From the sequence record NC_052661.1: a DNA stretch of 64,000 nt, one strand, 5' to 3'. Position numbers and translations under genes: made by a program. Below are positions 16,101 through 25,660 of the stretch, piece by piece. Below the pieces are notes generated by a model. It did not search any database and was not told the origin of the DNA. It saw only the letters and a list, made by a program, of their open reading frames with translations. Position 1 is the stretch's first letter, and each line of letters opens with the position of its first letter. The DNA is from Escherichia phage ukendt.

Positions 16101-17102
16101 ATGCCAGCAGTAATTTTAGATCAGGTTGTAGATTTCAGCCCTATGATCGAACTTCAGGATTCCCCTGATACACTGATTGCCAGCCTGAATCTGTTCAGTG
16201 TTGACTATCATTCAACTACCGCTATTGAAATCGGTAAAGAAAAAGCTGAAGATGCTCTGATCTCCGCTCGTGAGCGTGGTGGTGAGCGTAACTTCCTGAC
16301 CATGAAAAATCCAGAACTGAAAGCGTTCCGCATTCCGTTCTTCCCTCTGGATAAAAACATCAAAGCTCAAGATATTCAATCTTTCCGTAGCTTTGCAATG
16401 GCAGGAATCAATGACTCTCTGCGCACAGACGCTGAAGTTGTTAACCGCTATATGTCCCAGATTCTGCGTGATGTAGCAAAAACCAAAGAAAAAATCTTTG
16501 CAGAAGCAGTTATGGGTCGTGCCTATAACGGCGTAGGTGGTGCAGCTAACTCTGCATACAACTGGTATACCGAATGGGGTGCTACCCAGAAATCTGTTGC
16601 TGTAGACTTTGCTTCTACCACTGTTTCTCCAGCAGCCACTATCGAACAAGAAGCTCGTGCTTACATCATCGATACTAAACAAGATGGCTCTACCGCTACC
16701 CGTATCGTAGCTCTGTGCTCTCGTGAATTTTTCGCATCTCTGGTTAACTCTCCATTTGTTCGCCAGGCGTATCAGTATTTCCAGGGAACTCCTAACCTTC
16801 TGCGTGACCGCCTTAGCGGTAACATGGATGTTCAGGTGTTCGAATGGAACGGTGTAACTTACATTGAAGATATCCACGGTAACATCCCTGCTGGTGAAGC
16901 ATATGTTCTGCCTATGGGTATCGAAGGTATGTTCCAGGCGCACTACGCTCCTGCGGATACTCCAGAACTGGCTAACACCCAGGCTCGTGAACTGTATACC
17001 TTCATGATCAGCCAGCACCGCACTATTCAGCTTCAGTCTGAATTCTCGCTGCTCGCAGTTAACACCCGTCCAGAACTGGTAGTTAAACTGACTACGGCTT
17101 AA
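16101..17102 (+). CDS. major capsid protein
   Basis: 333-aa ORF after scaffold/decoration; strong RBS TAGGAG; high-expression codon choice (ctg, cgt, ggt, aac); followed by a strong terminator. Confidence 0.7.
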   Translation: MPAVILDQVVDFSPMIELQDSPDTLIASLNLFSVDYHSTTAIEIGKEKAEDALISARERGGERNFLTMKNPELKAFRIPFFPLDKNIKAQDIQSFRSFAMAGINDSLRTDAEVVNRYMSQILRDVAKTKEKIFAEAVMGRAYNGVGGAANSAYNWYTEWGATQKSVAVDFASTTVSPAATIEQEARAYIIDTKQDGSTATRIVALCSREFFASLVNSPFVRQAYQYFQGTPNLLRDRLSGNMDVQVFEWNGVTYIEDIHGNIPAGEAYVLPMGIEGMFQAHYAPADTPELANTQARELYTFMISQHRTIQLQSEFSLLAVNTRPELVVKLTTA

Positions 17103-17123
17103 TAGAACTCTGTTAAGATTAGA

Positions 17124-17154
17124 GGCTCGTCCGTGATGGGCGAGCCTTTTCTGT
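17124..17154 (+). terminator. rho-independent terminator after the major capsid gene
   Basis: GGCTCG...CGAGCC stem followed by TTTTCTGTTT. Confidence 0.7.
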
Positions 17155-17186
17155 TTACAATAAGAGTTTACAACGAGGAGATTGAT

Positions 17187-17531
17187 ATGTCAAACCCAGA
17201 ATTGAAACGTTACTTTAGTTATCACGAAATGATTCGTGATTTCGAATCGCTTTCACCACTGATCGATGCTGATAAAACATTAGTATCTGCGCCACCAATG
17301 TCTTTCTATCTGAAAGATGGTCGTATTGCATTAGGTGGAAACTTCATTCACTTCCTCACGCGTTTGAGAGAAGAAACAGGTATTCTTGTGCATCCTTTTG
17401 CAAGTGAAGAACACATGGGTTACTATCTTGTAAGTTACGAAGACTATGCACCTGTAAAAATCAAAGAAGAAGTTTTAAAAGTAGAAGCGGTAGACACTCC
17501 AGCTAAAAAACGTTCCCTTCGTAAAAAATAA
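17187..17531 (+). CDS. hypothetical head/neck protein (start refined from track start 17133)
   Basis: ATG 17187 preceded by GAGGAG; the track start lies inside the terminator hairpin. Confidence 0.4.
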   Translation: MSNPELKRYFSYHEMIRDFESLSPLIDADKTLVSAPPMSFYLKDGRIALGGNFIHFLTRLREETGILVHPFASEEHMGYYLVSYEDYAPVKIKEEVLKVEAVDTPAKKRSLRKK

Positions 17532-17540
17532 GGTGGGCTT

Positions 17541-18089
17541 ATGCTGAATGCGGTAGAGTTGGCACCACTGATCCGAATTCTTGTTTATAACCCTTCTCAA
17601 GAAGTATTGCCAGATGTGATGCTGATTCAGATCATCCAAACTTGGATTGATATTATAGGGAATGAAGATAAGGATAAGTGTGCAGTATTGTGGAACAGCT
17701 TGATTTCTGTTTTAGAGTATTTATGGAACAACGATGTTCTTAACAACAGTACTCAAACAGGAGGAGCTATGTCCCGCAGAGAAAAGATGGGTGAAGTCGA
17801 AGTTGAAGTTAAATTTAACAACGGTCAAGTCACTTATAAATCTCCGTGGGAAGATATCTATCATAACTATTTAAATGGTCTTATGGTGATCCCTGGGTGC
17901 ACGGCAGGACGAGGAGCAACCAGCAAAGTTCTTATTGGCGGTGTGGATGCTCGTGAGATTGATCGAGTAAACAGCGATCCTAACTCTGTAAATGGTCTTG
18001 GTAATGTTGCAAGTGTTGATCGTAATACACGCAACGTTAATTATTTGCGAAATTATGGACCTGTTTCTTTTTATCGTAGGGACAAATAA
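17541..18089 (+). CDS. hypothetical head-tail joining protein
   Basis: 182-aa ORF in the neck region between capsid and tail genes. Confidence 0.35.
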   Translation: MLNAVELAPLIRILVYNPSQEVLPDVMLIQIIQTWIDIIGNEDKDKCAVLWNSLISVLEYLWNNDVLNNSTQTGGAMSRREKMGEVEVEVKFNNGQVTYKSPWEDIYHNYLNGLMVIPGCTAGRGATSKVLIGGVDAREIDRVNSDPNSVNGLGNVASVDRNTRNVNYLRNYGPVSFYRRDK

Positions 18090-18577
18090 TGGAAAGTGAG
18101 ATCTTACCAGGTGACGATACAGATTGGGAAACCATTATCAAAAAGATGATGGACCTTGAACAAGTTCAAATCGAAGCTGGTTTTTTAACAAACAAAAGGC
18201 ATCCTGAATCAGATCTCACTATTCCTGCAATAGCAGCTATTCAACAATATGGTAATGAAACAAATAACATACCTGCTCGCCCTTTTATAACAGATGGTGC
18301 TGTTATCTCACAGAACGATATCGCTAAAAAGATGAAGCAGGTTTTTTCAAATTACCTAATGAACAATGTTGGGTTGGCTGTTTTTGAGCCTATAGCGAGA
18401 GCCTCTAGAGAAGGAATAGCTCAAGCGATTGCAATGCAACGTTATCGTCCTTTATCTCCTGTGACAATTAAGATACGACAAGATAAAGGCAACTATTCTA
18501 ATCATATCTTAATAGATACGGCATATATGATAAATGCAATCGAAACAAAAATCACAAAAAGCAAGTCTAAAAAATAA
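18089..18577 (+). CDS. hypothetical head-tail joining protein
   Basis: 162-aa ORF; start overlaps upstream stop. Confidence 0.35.
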   Translation: MESEILPGDDTDWETIIKKMMDLEQVQIEAGFLTNKRHPESDLTIPAIAAIQQYGNETNNIPARPFITDGAVISQNDIAKKMKQVFSNYLMNNVGLAVFEPIARASREGIAQAIAMQRYRPLSPVTIKIRQDKGNYSNHILIDTAYMINAIETKITKSKSKK

Positions 18578-18622
18578 CTTGCATAAACTTTGTTTTTGAT
18601 GTATACTAAAAAGGAGATACAA

Positions 18623-19039
18623 GTGTTACTAGATCAATTTACTCTCCTTGATCTAACTGAATACCAAGGTCGTAGACGAGTCTACAAAGAGGCAGTTGAT
18701 TCAGTTATTGCTAACTTAGACAGTAGTGTAGAGTATGAACCATTTACTATTGAAGCAGCAAGCTTACAACCGATATCTGGTAAAACACTGAATGCACTAC
18801 CTGAAGGTTACAGATCTAAGGCTCAATATAGTTTCTGGACTAAAACAGAAATGAAGGGGTTACAACAAGGAACAGAACAGTTATCAGATCAGATATTGAT
18901 AGATGGTAAATGGTATTCTGTTTATTCCCTTAAGGATTGGACCAGAACATCTTTCTTAGTCCATCATCACTGTGTTGCAATATTAGACGATCAAAACAAC
19001 TCCTGGTCTTATGGAACAGAAGGAGGAAACTTTGGCTAA
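18623..19039 (+). CDS. hypothetical neck/tail-completion protein (start refined to GTG 18623)
   Basis: AAGGAG RBS at 18611..18616 followed by GTG 18623, in frame with the track ORF starting 18590. Confidence 0.35.
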   Translation: MLLDQFTLLDLTEYQGRRRVYKEAVDSVIANLDSSVEYEPFTIEAASLQPISGKTLNALPEGYRSKAQYSFWTKTEMKGLQQGTEQLSDQILIDGKWYSVYSLKDWTRTSFLVHHHCVAILDDQNNSWSYGTEGGNFG

Positions 19040-19670
19040 TATTTACCAACAAATAGAAGCATACGAAAATGCCATCTACTTAAATATAGGTGGCTTCCTT
19101 CAAGAATTAGTGGGGTTGCCAGTCTATGTTATGGATAAGCCATTCATTAAACCGGATACTCCTTACCTAGCACTACGTATTATCACTTCCAGCGATTCTG
19201 GAGGTTGGTCTTACCGAAGCTCTATTCAAAATGATATGTATTCCTACGAGATGGATAATACCTACGAGATTGAACTTGTAGCCTATCGTGGAAGACCTAC
19301 TACTTTGATGAGCTATGTTCTGGCTGCTCTCCGTGGTGCAGAGGAATTAAAATACAAACATCTCTATTCTAAAGGTCTTGGTTTTTTAGGAGCCTCCAAT
19401 ATAGCTCAAGCCAATACAATTGTAGACGGAGATAAGACTGAATTAAGAGCGCGTATGGTTATGACGTTCAACACTCGTATGAGTATTGAAGATATTGCTA
19501 CTACACCAATAGAAGCAATCAACATGCACATCCGTTCATTCAGAGATAGTTACAATGATCCTATCCCTTTAGATTTAATTCTAAACAGGGTTTATGCAAT
19601 TACTTTGGTTCCAGGCGAATACTCGTCAGTTAATCAAAATGGATCATTATTTAACAACCCTACCGAATAA
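19032..19670 (+). CDS. hypothetical neck/tail-completion protein (start refined to TTG 19032)
   Basis: AGGAGG at 19021..19026 then TTG 19032, in frame with the track ORF starting 19011. Confidence 0.35.
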   Translation: MANIYQQIEAYENAIYLNIGGFLQELVGLPVYVMDKPFIKPDTPYLALRIITSSDSGGWSYRSSIQNDMYSYEMDNTYEIELVAYRGRPTTLMSYVLAALRGAEELKYKHLYSKGLGFLGASNIAQANTIVDGDKTELRARMVMTFNTRMSIEDIATTPIEAINMHIRSFRDSYNDPIPLDLILNRVYAITLVPGEYSSVNQNGSLFNNPTE

Positions 19671-19704
19671 ACTCATTGGAATTAAGTTTCTAACAGGAGC
19701 ATAA

Positions 19705-21078
19705 ATGGCAACTTTTCGTGAAAAGGTAGCAACCGTAACTTTACTGTATGGTGCTACATCAATTCGTGAAACCCAGTTCGATATTCCCCTGATCCTTACA
19801 GGTCAGAACGTAACTGGCGAAGCGATTCAATATTACTCTTCTTCCGATGCACTTTTGGAAGCAGGTTATGGATTAAATGATCCAGCGTATATTATGGCAG
19901 TCAAACTGTTTAACGGTTTGTTCCCACCAGATCAAGTTATGGTTGGTAAGCGTGAAGTTACAAACTTTACTCTAACTCCAATCGTAGAAGATAGTACAAC
20001 TTACACAATTACCATCAAAAATGGTACCAAGAAAAAAGAATTTAAATTCATTGCTGATGACACTGCAACTGCACAAGAGATTGTAGTTGGTCTGACTGAA
20101 ATGATCAATGCAGATCTTGTTTATGGCCCACTGTTTACAGTAGCTAACAACGGCGCTGCAATGACTTTCACTCCAGTAGAAGGTAAGTTTGGTTCTATTG
20201 ACAGCACAGGTTTCACTCAAGAAACTGTCTATGCTAATGCTATTACGGAAGATATCGCTGCTCTGCATGATATTGATAGTAGCTGGTTCTGGACCCTTTC
20301 AGATTCCCATGAAACAGAAGATGTTCTAGCTTTGGCTGCATGGGTAGAAGAGAATGATAAAGTTTACTTCTTCTCTAGCTCTGAACCTGGAATTAAAACG
20401 AAAGCAGAAGATAACGTTCTGGAACGACTGAATGACCTCGGTTATAATAACACTTGCTTTGCTTTGTGGATGACTGATGCAGATTCTGTATTCCCAGAAG
20501 CAGCAGTTGTTGGTGCAATCTGTTCTCGTCAACCTGGTTTAACTACTCTTCACGGTAAAACACTGGTAGGTGTAGAGATCGAGAAACTGGATCAGACTTC
20601 GGAAAACAATATTGTTCAACAGAACGGTAACATCTATCGTAAAGAGCATGGAACTCTGTTCTATCGTGATGGATTGATGGTTAGCGGTTTCTTTGTTGAC
20701 TATGTTGTTCATGCTTTGTGGTTTAAAGCTCGCACAGAAGAATCACTGTTTACACTGTTTAAACAACAGTCTATGCTGGGTGGTGGTGTTCGTGCTACTT
20801 CAAACGGTCTAGCTTTGATTCGACAAGCTGTTCTGGCTAACCCGATCCAAGTAGGTATCCTCAACGGTTCCATCGCTAATGAAGTTGTTACTTCTGAAGA
20901 GACTGGTTTGCGTGTCGATCTGAAACCTATTGTTTATATTCCTTCTCGTGCCGATATGACCGATGCGCAAATCAATGCTCGTCTGGTTGATGGGATGAAG
21001 ATTGAATATGTTTACGCTGGCTTCTTCCATTACGTTAAAGTTCAGGTCAACGTCCTGACTAACCGTACTGCAAACTAA
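19705..21078 (+). CDS. tail sheath protein (tentative)
   Basis: 457-aa ORF followed by a ~160-aa tube-sized ORF, a frameshifted chaperone and the tape measure; baseplate wedge-like gene further on supports a contractile tail. Confidence 0.5.
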   Translation: MATFREKVATVTLLYGATSIRETQFDIPLILTGQNVTGEAIQYYSSSDALLEAGYGLNDPAYIMAVKLFNGLFPPDQVMVGKREVTNFTLTPIVEDSTTYTITIKNGTKKKEFKFIADDTATAQEIVVGLTEMINADLVYGPLFTVANNGAAMTFTPVEGKFGSIDSTGFTQETVYANAITEDIAALHDIDSSWFWTLSDSHETEDVLALAAWVEENDKVYFFSSSEPGIKTKAEDNVLERLNDLGYNNTCFALWMTDADSVFPEAAVVGAICSRQPGLTTLHGKTLVGVEIEKLDQTSENNIVQQNGNIYRKEHGTLFYRDGLMVSGFFVDYVVHALWFKARTEESLFTLFKQQSMLGGGVRATSNGLALIRQAVLANPIQVGILNGSIANEVVTSEETGLRVDLKPIVYIPSRADMTDAQINARLVDGMKIEYVYAGFFHYVKVQVNVLTNRTAN

Positions 21079-21083
21079 TACGG

Positions 21084-21100
21084 CGGGGGTTAAGCCCCCG
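21084..21100 (+). terminator. GC-rich hairpin after the sheath gene (weak terminator or stability element)
   Basis: CGGGGG-TTAAG-CCCCCG; downstream T-tract is poor. Confidence 0.35.
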
Positions 21101-21124
21101 TTATCAAAATAAAGAGGATCTATA

Positions 21125-21604
21125 ATGGATAAAATGCTTACTGGCGTAATGGCCTACGACCCATCTCAAGTTATCCTTTCATTAGGTGGTTGGGAACCGT
21201 GGGGTTTTGCGGCTGATACTAAAATCGTTATTGCTAAATCTAACGATATTATCAACCCTTATTCAGGGACTGATGGGGACGTTTCATTAGCTTTGAGTCG
21301 TAACCGTTTGGGAACACTCACAATGTCTTTGCAACGCACATCTCCAGCTAACGAAGTACTTGCAACATATGCACAAACAATGTATTCTACTCGTCAAGTA
21401 GCATTCAGTGTTTACTTGGAAGACCCACGTGGCTATTACATTAGCACGATTGGATGGATTCAAAGTCAGCCTGAAGATACTATTGGCGAAATGATTACAG
21501 AGAACCAATGGGTTATTGGTCTTAAAGATGCAAGCCTTCTGCGTAATGAAGTTGGTGTAGGTTTGAGCACCCTTAACTCAATCTCTGCTCTGACAATTCA
21601 ATAA
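21125..21604 (+). CDS. tail tube protein (tentative)
   Basis: 159-aa ORF between sheath-like gene and chaperone; flanked by terminator hairpins. Confidence 0.5.
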   Translation: MDKMLTGVMAYDPSQVILSLGGWEPWGFAADTKIVIAKSNDIINPYSGTDGDVSLALSRNRLGTLTMSLQRTSPANEVLATYAQTMYSTRQVAFSVYLEDPRGYYISTIGWIQSQPEDTIGEMITENQWVIGLKDASLLRNEVGVGLSTLNSISALTIQ

Positions 21605-21611
21605 TAAATAA

Positions 21612-21632
21612 AGGGCAGAAATGCCCTTTTTA
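21612..21632 (+). terminator. rho-independent terminator after the tube gene
   Basis: AGGGCA-GAAA-TGCCCT hairpin followed by TTTTTA. Confidence 0.65.
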
Positions 21633-21649
21633 TCATTAGAGAGGAAAAT

Positions 21650-22132
21650 ATGTCACAAGAACAAGATAACACAATTCAAAAATATGCTCGACCAGAAGAA
21701 GTAGTTGAGATTCCATTAGATGGAAACAGATCTGTTACTTTCCGTATTATGAAATGGAGTCCATCTAAAGTGTTCGACAGGATTCCAGAATTAGGTAGTG
21801 TTCTGGTTGTTCCTATGACTATGTATAGCACAGCAACAATGTCCGCAGACGAAGACCTTGAGTCACGTATTGCTATGGCACTGATCCAACTTTTTGCAGG
21901 TTTGGAAGAAAAGAATTTAACTGTCTTTTTGCGTAAAATTTTAGATGAGGTTTATACCCAAGACGGTTATAACGTTGCAGAAAATTTTGATGAATTATTT
22001 ATGGCTCACCCAGAACTAGTGTTAGATCTTACTGCTAAAGTTCTGGAGGTAAACTACGGCCCTTTTTTCAAACGAGGTTTCGGAAAACTGTTCACACAGC
22101 TTCAGGCGATGACGAGTTTAGCAGCAAATTAA
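21650..22132 (+). CDS. tail assembly chaperone (short, in-frame product)
   Basis: 160-aa acidic ORF directly upstream of the tape measure; contains slippery heptamer T-TTT-TTC. Confidence 0.55.
   Translation: MSQEQDNTIQKYARPEEVVEIPLDGNRSVTFRIMKWSPSKVFDRIPELGSVLVVPMTMYSTATMSADEDLESRIAMALIQLFAGLEEKNLTVFLRKILDEVYTQDGYNVAENFDELFMAHPELVLDLTAKVLEVNYGPFFKRGFGKLFTQLQAMTSLAAN
22063..22069 (+). promoter_or_regulatory. -1 programmed ribosomal frameshift slippery site (TTTTTTC)
   Basis: X-XXY-YYZ heptamer in the zero frame of the chaperone ORF; the -1 frame is open from 22039 through 22398. Confidence 0.5.
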
Positions 22133-22398
22133 CACCTGCGATTGAACATGCTATCGACACAGCAACGAAAACCCTTACTTTGAAGTGGTATGAGGTTATT
22201 CTTTGCAAAGTCGTTAAAGATACCTCGGAAACACTGAAAACATTAGATAACTACGGTGTAGATTATCTTTTAAAACTATATGAGTATTTAACATACGAAG
22301 AGTATGTTGAAGCCATGTATGTTAAAGACACTTCAATAAAGAGAAAACATCAAAACCAGACAAATAAAATGTCAGATTTGTTTAAGAAACTTGTTTAA
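22069..22398 (+). CDS. C-terminal extension of the chaperone made by -1 frameshift (fusion of about 248 aa)
   Basis: -1 frame open across the overlap; the downstream track ORF has only a TTG start and no RBS, consistent with expression by frameshift. Confidence 0.45.
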   Translation, partial: QTRFRKTVHTASGDDEFSSKLTPAIEHAIDTATKTLTLKWYEVILCKVVKDTSETLKTLDNYGVDYLLKLYEYLTYEEYVEAMYVKDTSIKRKHQNQTNKMSDLFKKLV

Positions 22399-22418
22399 TC
22401 CAACACGAGGAACATACT

Positions 22419-24407
22419 TTGTTAGAAATTAACGCCTCCAGAATTAGTAACGTGGTTACGTTTAAGGTGGACAAGAACAGTCTCAAGGAAGCAAAAGATG
22501 CCGTGTTGAGTGTTCAGAAGTTTGCAAATAAAATGCAACCCACTATGAACATGACCAAGTTTAGACAACAAATGAAAGAGATTGAACGTGAACTTAAGAA
22601 AGCTCAAACTCAAAGCCAAAAACCTATGCGAGCACCTACTCCCGCTGGAGCGGGTGCTCCTGTAGGTGGTTCTGGTAGACCTAGAACTCCTAAAACCCCA
22701 CAAGGTAGAGAAGAAGAAAAAGCTCGTAAAGCGGCTGAACGCGAAGCTAAAGCAGCAGCACGTAGGGAAGACTTAGGTAATCTTCGTTTACAGAACTTTA
22801 ACTATCGAGCAAGAGCATTTAGTAAAGCCAGTCCTGGAGCTATGCAAGAAGCTAGAGACGTTATGGGTAAAGCTGTAGAGCAATACAAAAAAGGTGAAAT
22901 AACTCTTCAACGTATGAACCAAGCTCTTGCTCACCAGTTAGATGCTTTACGCAGATCTCATCGTGAAAAGAATGCTGAAATAGAAGATGAGGTTCGCGGT
23001 CGTCGCCGTATTCGTAGAGAGCTAGAAGCAGAAGCTAAAATGCGTATACGTATGCGAAATCGTGAACTTAGGGATATAGAACGAAATCGTAAGCGTGAAT
23101 TGGCACAACAAAAACGTGATCGTGATCGTAGATATGGACAACTAAAAGAAGGTGCAGCAGGTCTTAATCCACGCATGATTGCATCCTCTTTGATTGGTGC
23201 TGGGCTGTTTGCAGGTGGTTCTGTAGTTGGTAACACGTTGATGAATACTAACGAAAGAATTAAACTTGTAAGCCGTGGTGCTGAAAACGTTCAGACAAAC
23301 GCCAACGCTATTTTGGCAATGACAGCTTGGGGTGAACAGAACGGTGTAGACTCTGCAAATATTATTAAATCAATAGATAATATTAAAGACGTTCGTGAAC
23401 GTCTTGGTAATACAGTTTTAGCTGCAAAGTGGAATGAGAAAGAAGGGAAGTGGAAAGGCGGTGATAATGGCATAACTGACATTATGAACTTGTTTGGATG
23501 GAATCCAGAACAGCTTAAACCTTTACAGAACGATCCTTTAGCTTTTATTCAGGCTACTGTTAATGAAGGTGAGCGTCGAGGTATGAACTCTGCTCAAATA
23601 GGGCGACTTCTTGAAAACCTTGGTGATGACCTTATGCACTACCAACGTATGTTTAGTAAAAACGGCGAAGGGTATAATGAAGTATTGAAAATGCTTCAAA
23701 GAACAGGTGCAACATTAACTCAAGAACAAATAGATGCTTCTAAAGAGTTTACTCGTTTTGCTGCAACAGTTCAGCTTGTAGGTCAAGGTATGCAGAACCA
23801 CTTCTTAGAGGGTTTTGTGAAAGCCTTACCTAAAGATGATTCTTGGTTGGATAACGTTAAAGTGCTAGATCAGTTTGCCAAAGATTTAGGTGAAGAACTC
23901 GGTAAGACAACAGTTCAATTAGGAGGTTTTGCTAAAGAATTGGGAGATGGTTTCGGATCTTTTACCAATTGGCTTAAAGAAACATTCCCAGATACATTCG
24001 GAGACAACACAGATCCTAATAAATCTATGGCACAAAAAGCATACGAGGCAACGCAAAGTGGAGACAGCAATCCTGTAGCAGATTGGTTGTACAATTTAAC
24101 AGGTATTGATACACAAGACATTGGTCGTATGTGGAGAGGAGAACAAACAAGGACACGTGCTTTTGGATTTGGTAATCCTCTTGAAGATTTACGTGAATCA
24201 GCCTACACACCTAACGTAAGTTTGGCTCGTAATCAACCTGTTGTTGAGAATACGGTAGCAATACCAAGTGATCTTATCAAAGTTACGATCAGCCCTTCTT
24301 CAGAGTTTGGAAATATTCTTGATGCAAGAATTCAAAATAGCGGAAATAGCATTTTCCAACGTTTGTCTCTTTCAACTCTAAGTGGACAATCTAACACTGG
24401 TGGTTAA
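22419..24407 (+). CDS. tail tape measure protein
   Basis: 662 aa; long Arg/Glu/Ala-rich predicted coiled-coil; sits after the frameshifted chaperone; TTG start with GAGGA RBS. Confidence 0.7.
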   Translation: MLEINASRISNVVTFKVDKNSLKEAKDAVLSVQKFANKMQPTMNMTKFRQQMKEIERELKKAQTQSQKPMRAPTPAGAGAPVGGSGRPRTPKTPQGREEEKARKAAEREAKAAARREDLGNLRLQNFNYRARAFSKASPGAMQEARDVMGKAVEQYKKGEITLQRMNQALAHQLDALRRSHREKNAEIEDEVRGRRRIRRELEAEAKMRIRMRNRELRDIERNRKRELAQQKRDRDRRYGQLKEGAAGLNPRMIASSLIGAGLFAGGSVVGNTLMNTNERIKLVSRGAENVQTNANAILAMTAWGEQNGVDSANIIKSIDNIKDVRERLGNTVLAAKWNEKEGKWKGGDNGITDIMNLFGWNPEQLKPLQNDPLAFIQATVNEGERRGMNSAQIGRLLENLGDDLMHYQRMFSKNGEGYNEVLKMLQRTGATLTQEQIDASKEFTRFAATVQLVGQGMQNHFLEGFVKALPKDDSWLDNVKVLDQFAKDLGEELGKTTVQLGGFAKELGDGFGSFTNWLKETFPDTFGDNTDPNKSMAQKAYEATQSGDSNPVADWLYNLTGIDTQDIGRMWRGEQTRTRAFGFGNPLEDLRESAYTPNVSLARNQPVVENTVAIPSDLIKVTISPSSEFGNILDARIQNSGNSIFQRLSLSTLSGQSNTGG

Positions 24408-24414
24408 TAAAATA

Positions 24415-24436
24415 CCTCGCTTCGGCGGGGTTTTTT
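24415..24436 (+). terminator. rho-independent terminator after the tape measure gene
   Basis: CCTCGC-TTCG-GCGGGG (UUCG tetraloop) followed by TTTTTT. Confidence 0.75.
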
Positions 24437-24444
24437 CGTTTCCC

Positions 24445-24474
24445 TTGACACGAAGTTTCTATATGTGTTACAAT
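24445..24474 (+). promoter_or_regulatory. sigma70-like promoter (TTGACA, 18 nt, TG-extended TACAAT)
   Basis: Exact -35 at 24445..24450, TACAAT at 24469..24474, just after the terminator and before the baseplate genes. Confidence 0.55.
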
Positions 24475-24533
24475 AATCAATATGGGAAGATCTTGCATCT
24501 TCCTTTTGGCATTATCATTACTACGAGGTTATC

Positions 24534-25235
24534 ATGGCAGCAATGACTCCACAACAGTCGGTGAGAGCCGTCTATAAGGCAGAACAGGAAATCAACTCTA
24601 CCGAGAATAAAAATACCTCGGCATCTACTGTAAAGGGTGATAATGGTTTCTGCATTTTAGCAAGTGTTTATAATAGTTCAAGTGATCAATACATTCAAAA
24701 CTTTAAAGCAATTACTTTCGATTCAGTCCCTGAAATAGGTGTAACTCGTGAGGCAGATGTTACAAGTTTTCCAGTAGAATCAGGATCGGATGTAAGTGAC
24801 CACGTTCAAATAAAAAACAACAGATTTAAACTTTCAGGTATAATTACCGAAACACCAATTCGGCTTATGCGAGATCAATTATACAGTGCAGGTGTAAATG
24901 GTGCAAGGATTTCTCAAGCAATAGAATATCTAGATCAAATATTTGAGTCAAGACAACCAATAGTTCTTTTGACAGAACACAGAACTTTTGAAAATGTTAT
25001 TCTCAAAGGTTATTCGTATGATTATAAATCTGAATTTGCTATGCAATTTGATTTAGAGTTTGAACAAATCCGTCTCGTTTCTAAGGCCACTACTAATGCT
25101 ATTGCTGTAAAAACAGCACCAAATAAATCGACGGGTGGTGATGTGAAAGGTCAAGTTGCTTCGAATGGTCCTAAGTCAGATATTACAGTAAGAACGGCTG
25201 AAGCTACTAATACCCCAACAAACAACGGAGGTTAA
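24534..25235 (+). CDS. hypothetical tail/baseplate protein
   Basis: 233-aa ORF, first gene after the tape measure. Confidence 0.35.
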   Translation: MAAMTPQQSVRAVYKAEQEINSTENKNTSASTVKGDNGFCILASVYNSSSDQYIQNFKAITFDSVPEIGVTREADVTSFPVESGSDVSDHVQIKNNRFKLSGIITETPIRLMRDQLYSAGVNGARISQAIEYLDQIFESRQPIVLLTEHRTFENVILKGYSYDYKSEFAMQFDLEFEQIRLVSKATTNAIAVKTAPNKSTGGDVKGQVASNGPKSDITVRTAEATNTPTNNGG

Positions 25236-25237
25236 TA

Positions 25238-25651
25238 GTGACAACTTATTCTAAAACAACAAGGTCTACAAGTAATACAGGCTACAGTGCAGTTTATCTA
25301 GAGGACCATTCTACTTATTTTGCATGGTACCTGAAAACTGAAGAGTATCCTGATCAAACATATACAGTTACATTGGATGGAGTTGATTATGACATTCGTT
25401 TAAGGTGGAACACTAGGGACGAGTCTTGGCAATGTCAGATTGGATTATCTGGAGATGATCCAAGTATAAGTTTCAAAGTTACAAATGGTTTAGATCTTCT
25501 TAAACCTTATAAATATCTTGAAAGTGTGCCAGATGGTCAATTGTATATAGTAGATACAGTTAAGATTAATGGTCGTCCTGGGTATACAACTACAGGTCGA
25601 GATAAACGTTTTGTATTGGTTTATATTGATAACAAACCTAATCAGGCGTAA
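25238..25651 (+). CDS. hypothetical tail/baseplate protein
   Basis: 137-aa ORF tightly packed in the baseplate block. Confidence 0.35.
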   Translation: MTTYSKTTRSTSNTGYSAVYLEDHSTYFAWYLKTEEYPDQTYTVTLDGVDYDIRLRWNTRDESWQCQIGLSGDDPSISFKVTNGLDLLKPYKYLESVPDGQLYIVDTVKINGRPGYTTTGRDKRFVLVYIDNKPNQA

Positions 25652-25660
25652 GGAGATAAT

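Noticed and set aside
15092-17018. Minus-strand track ORFs (15092..15658, 15677..15937, 15699..16040, 16212..17018) inside scaffold/decoration/capsid genes
   Set aside because: Antisense to strongly supported plus-strand genes; Cys/Phe-rich low-complexity products typical of reading the complement of coding sequence.
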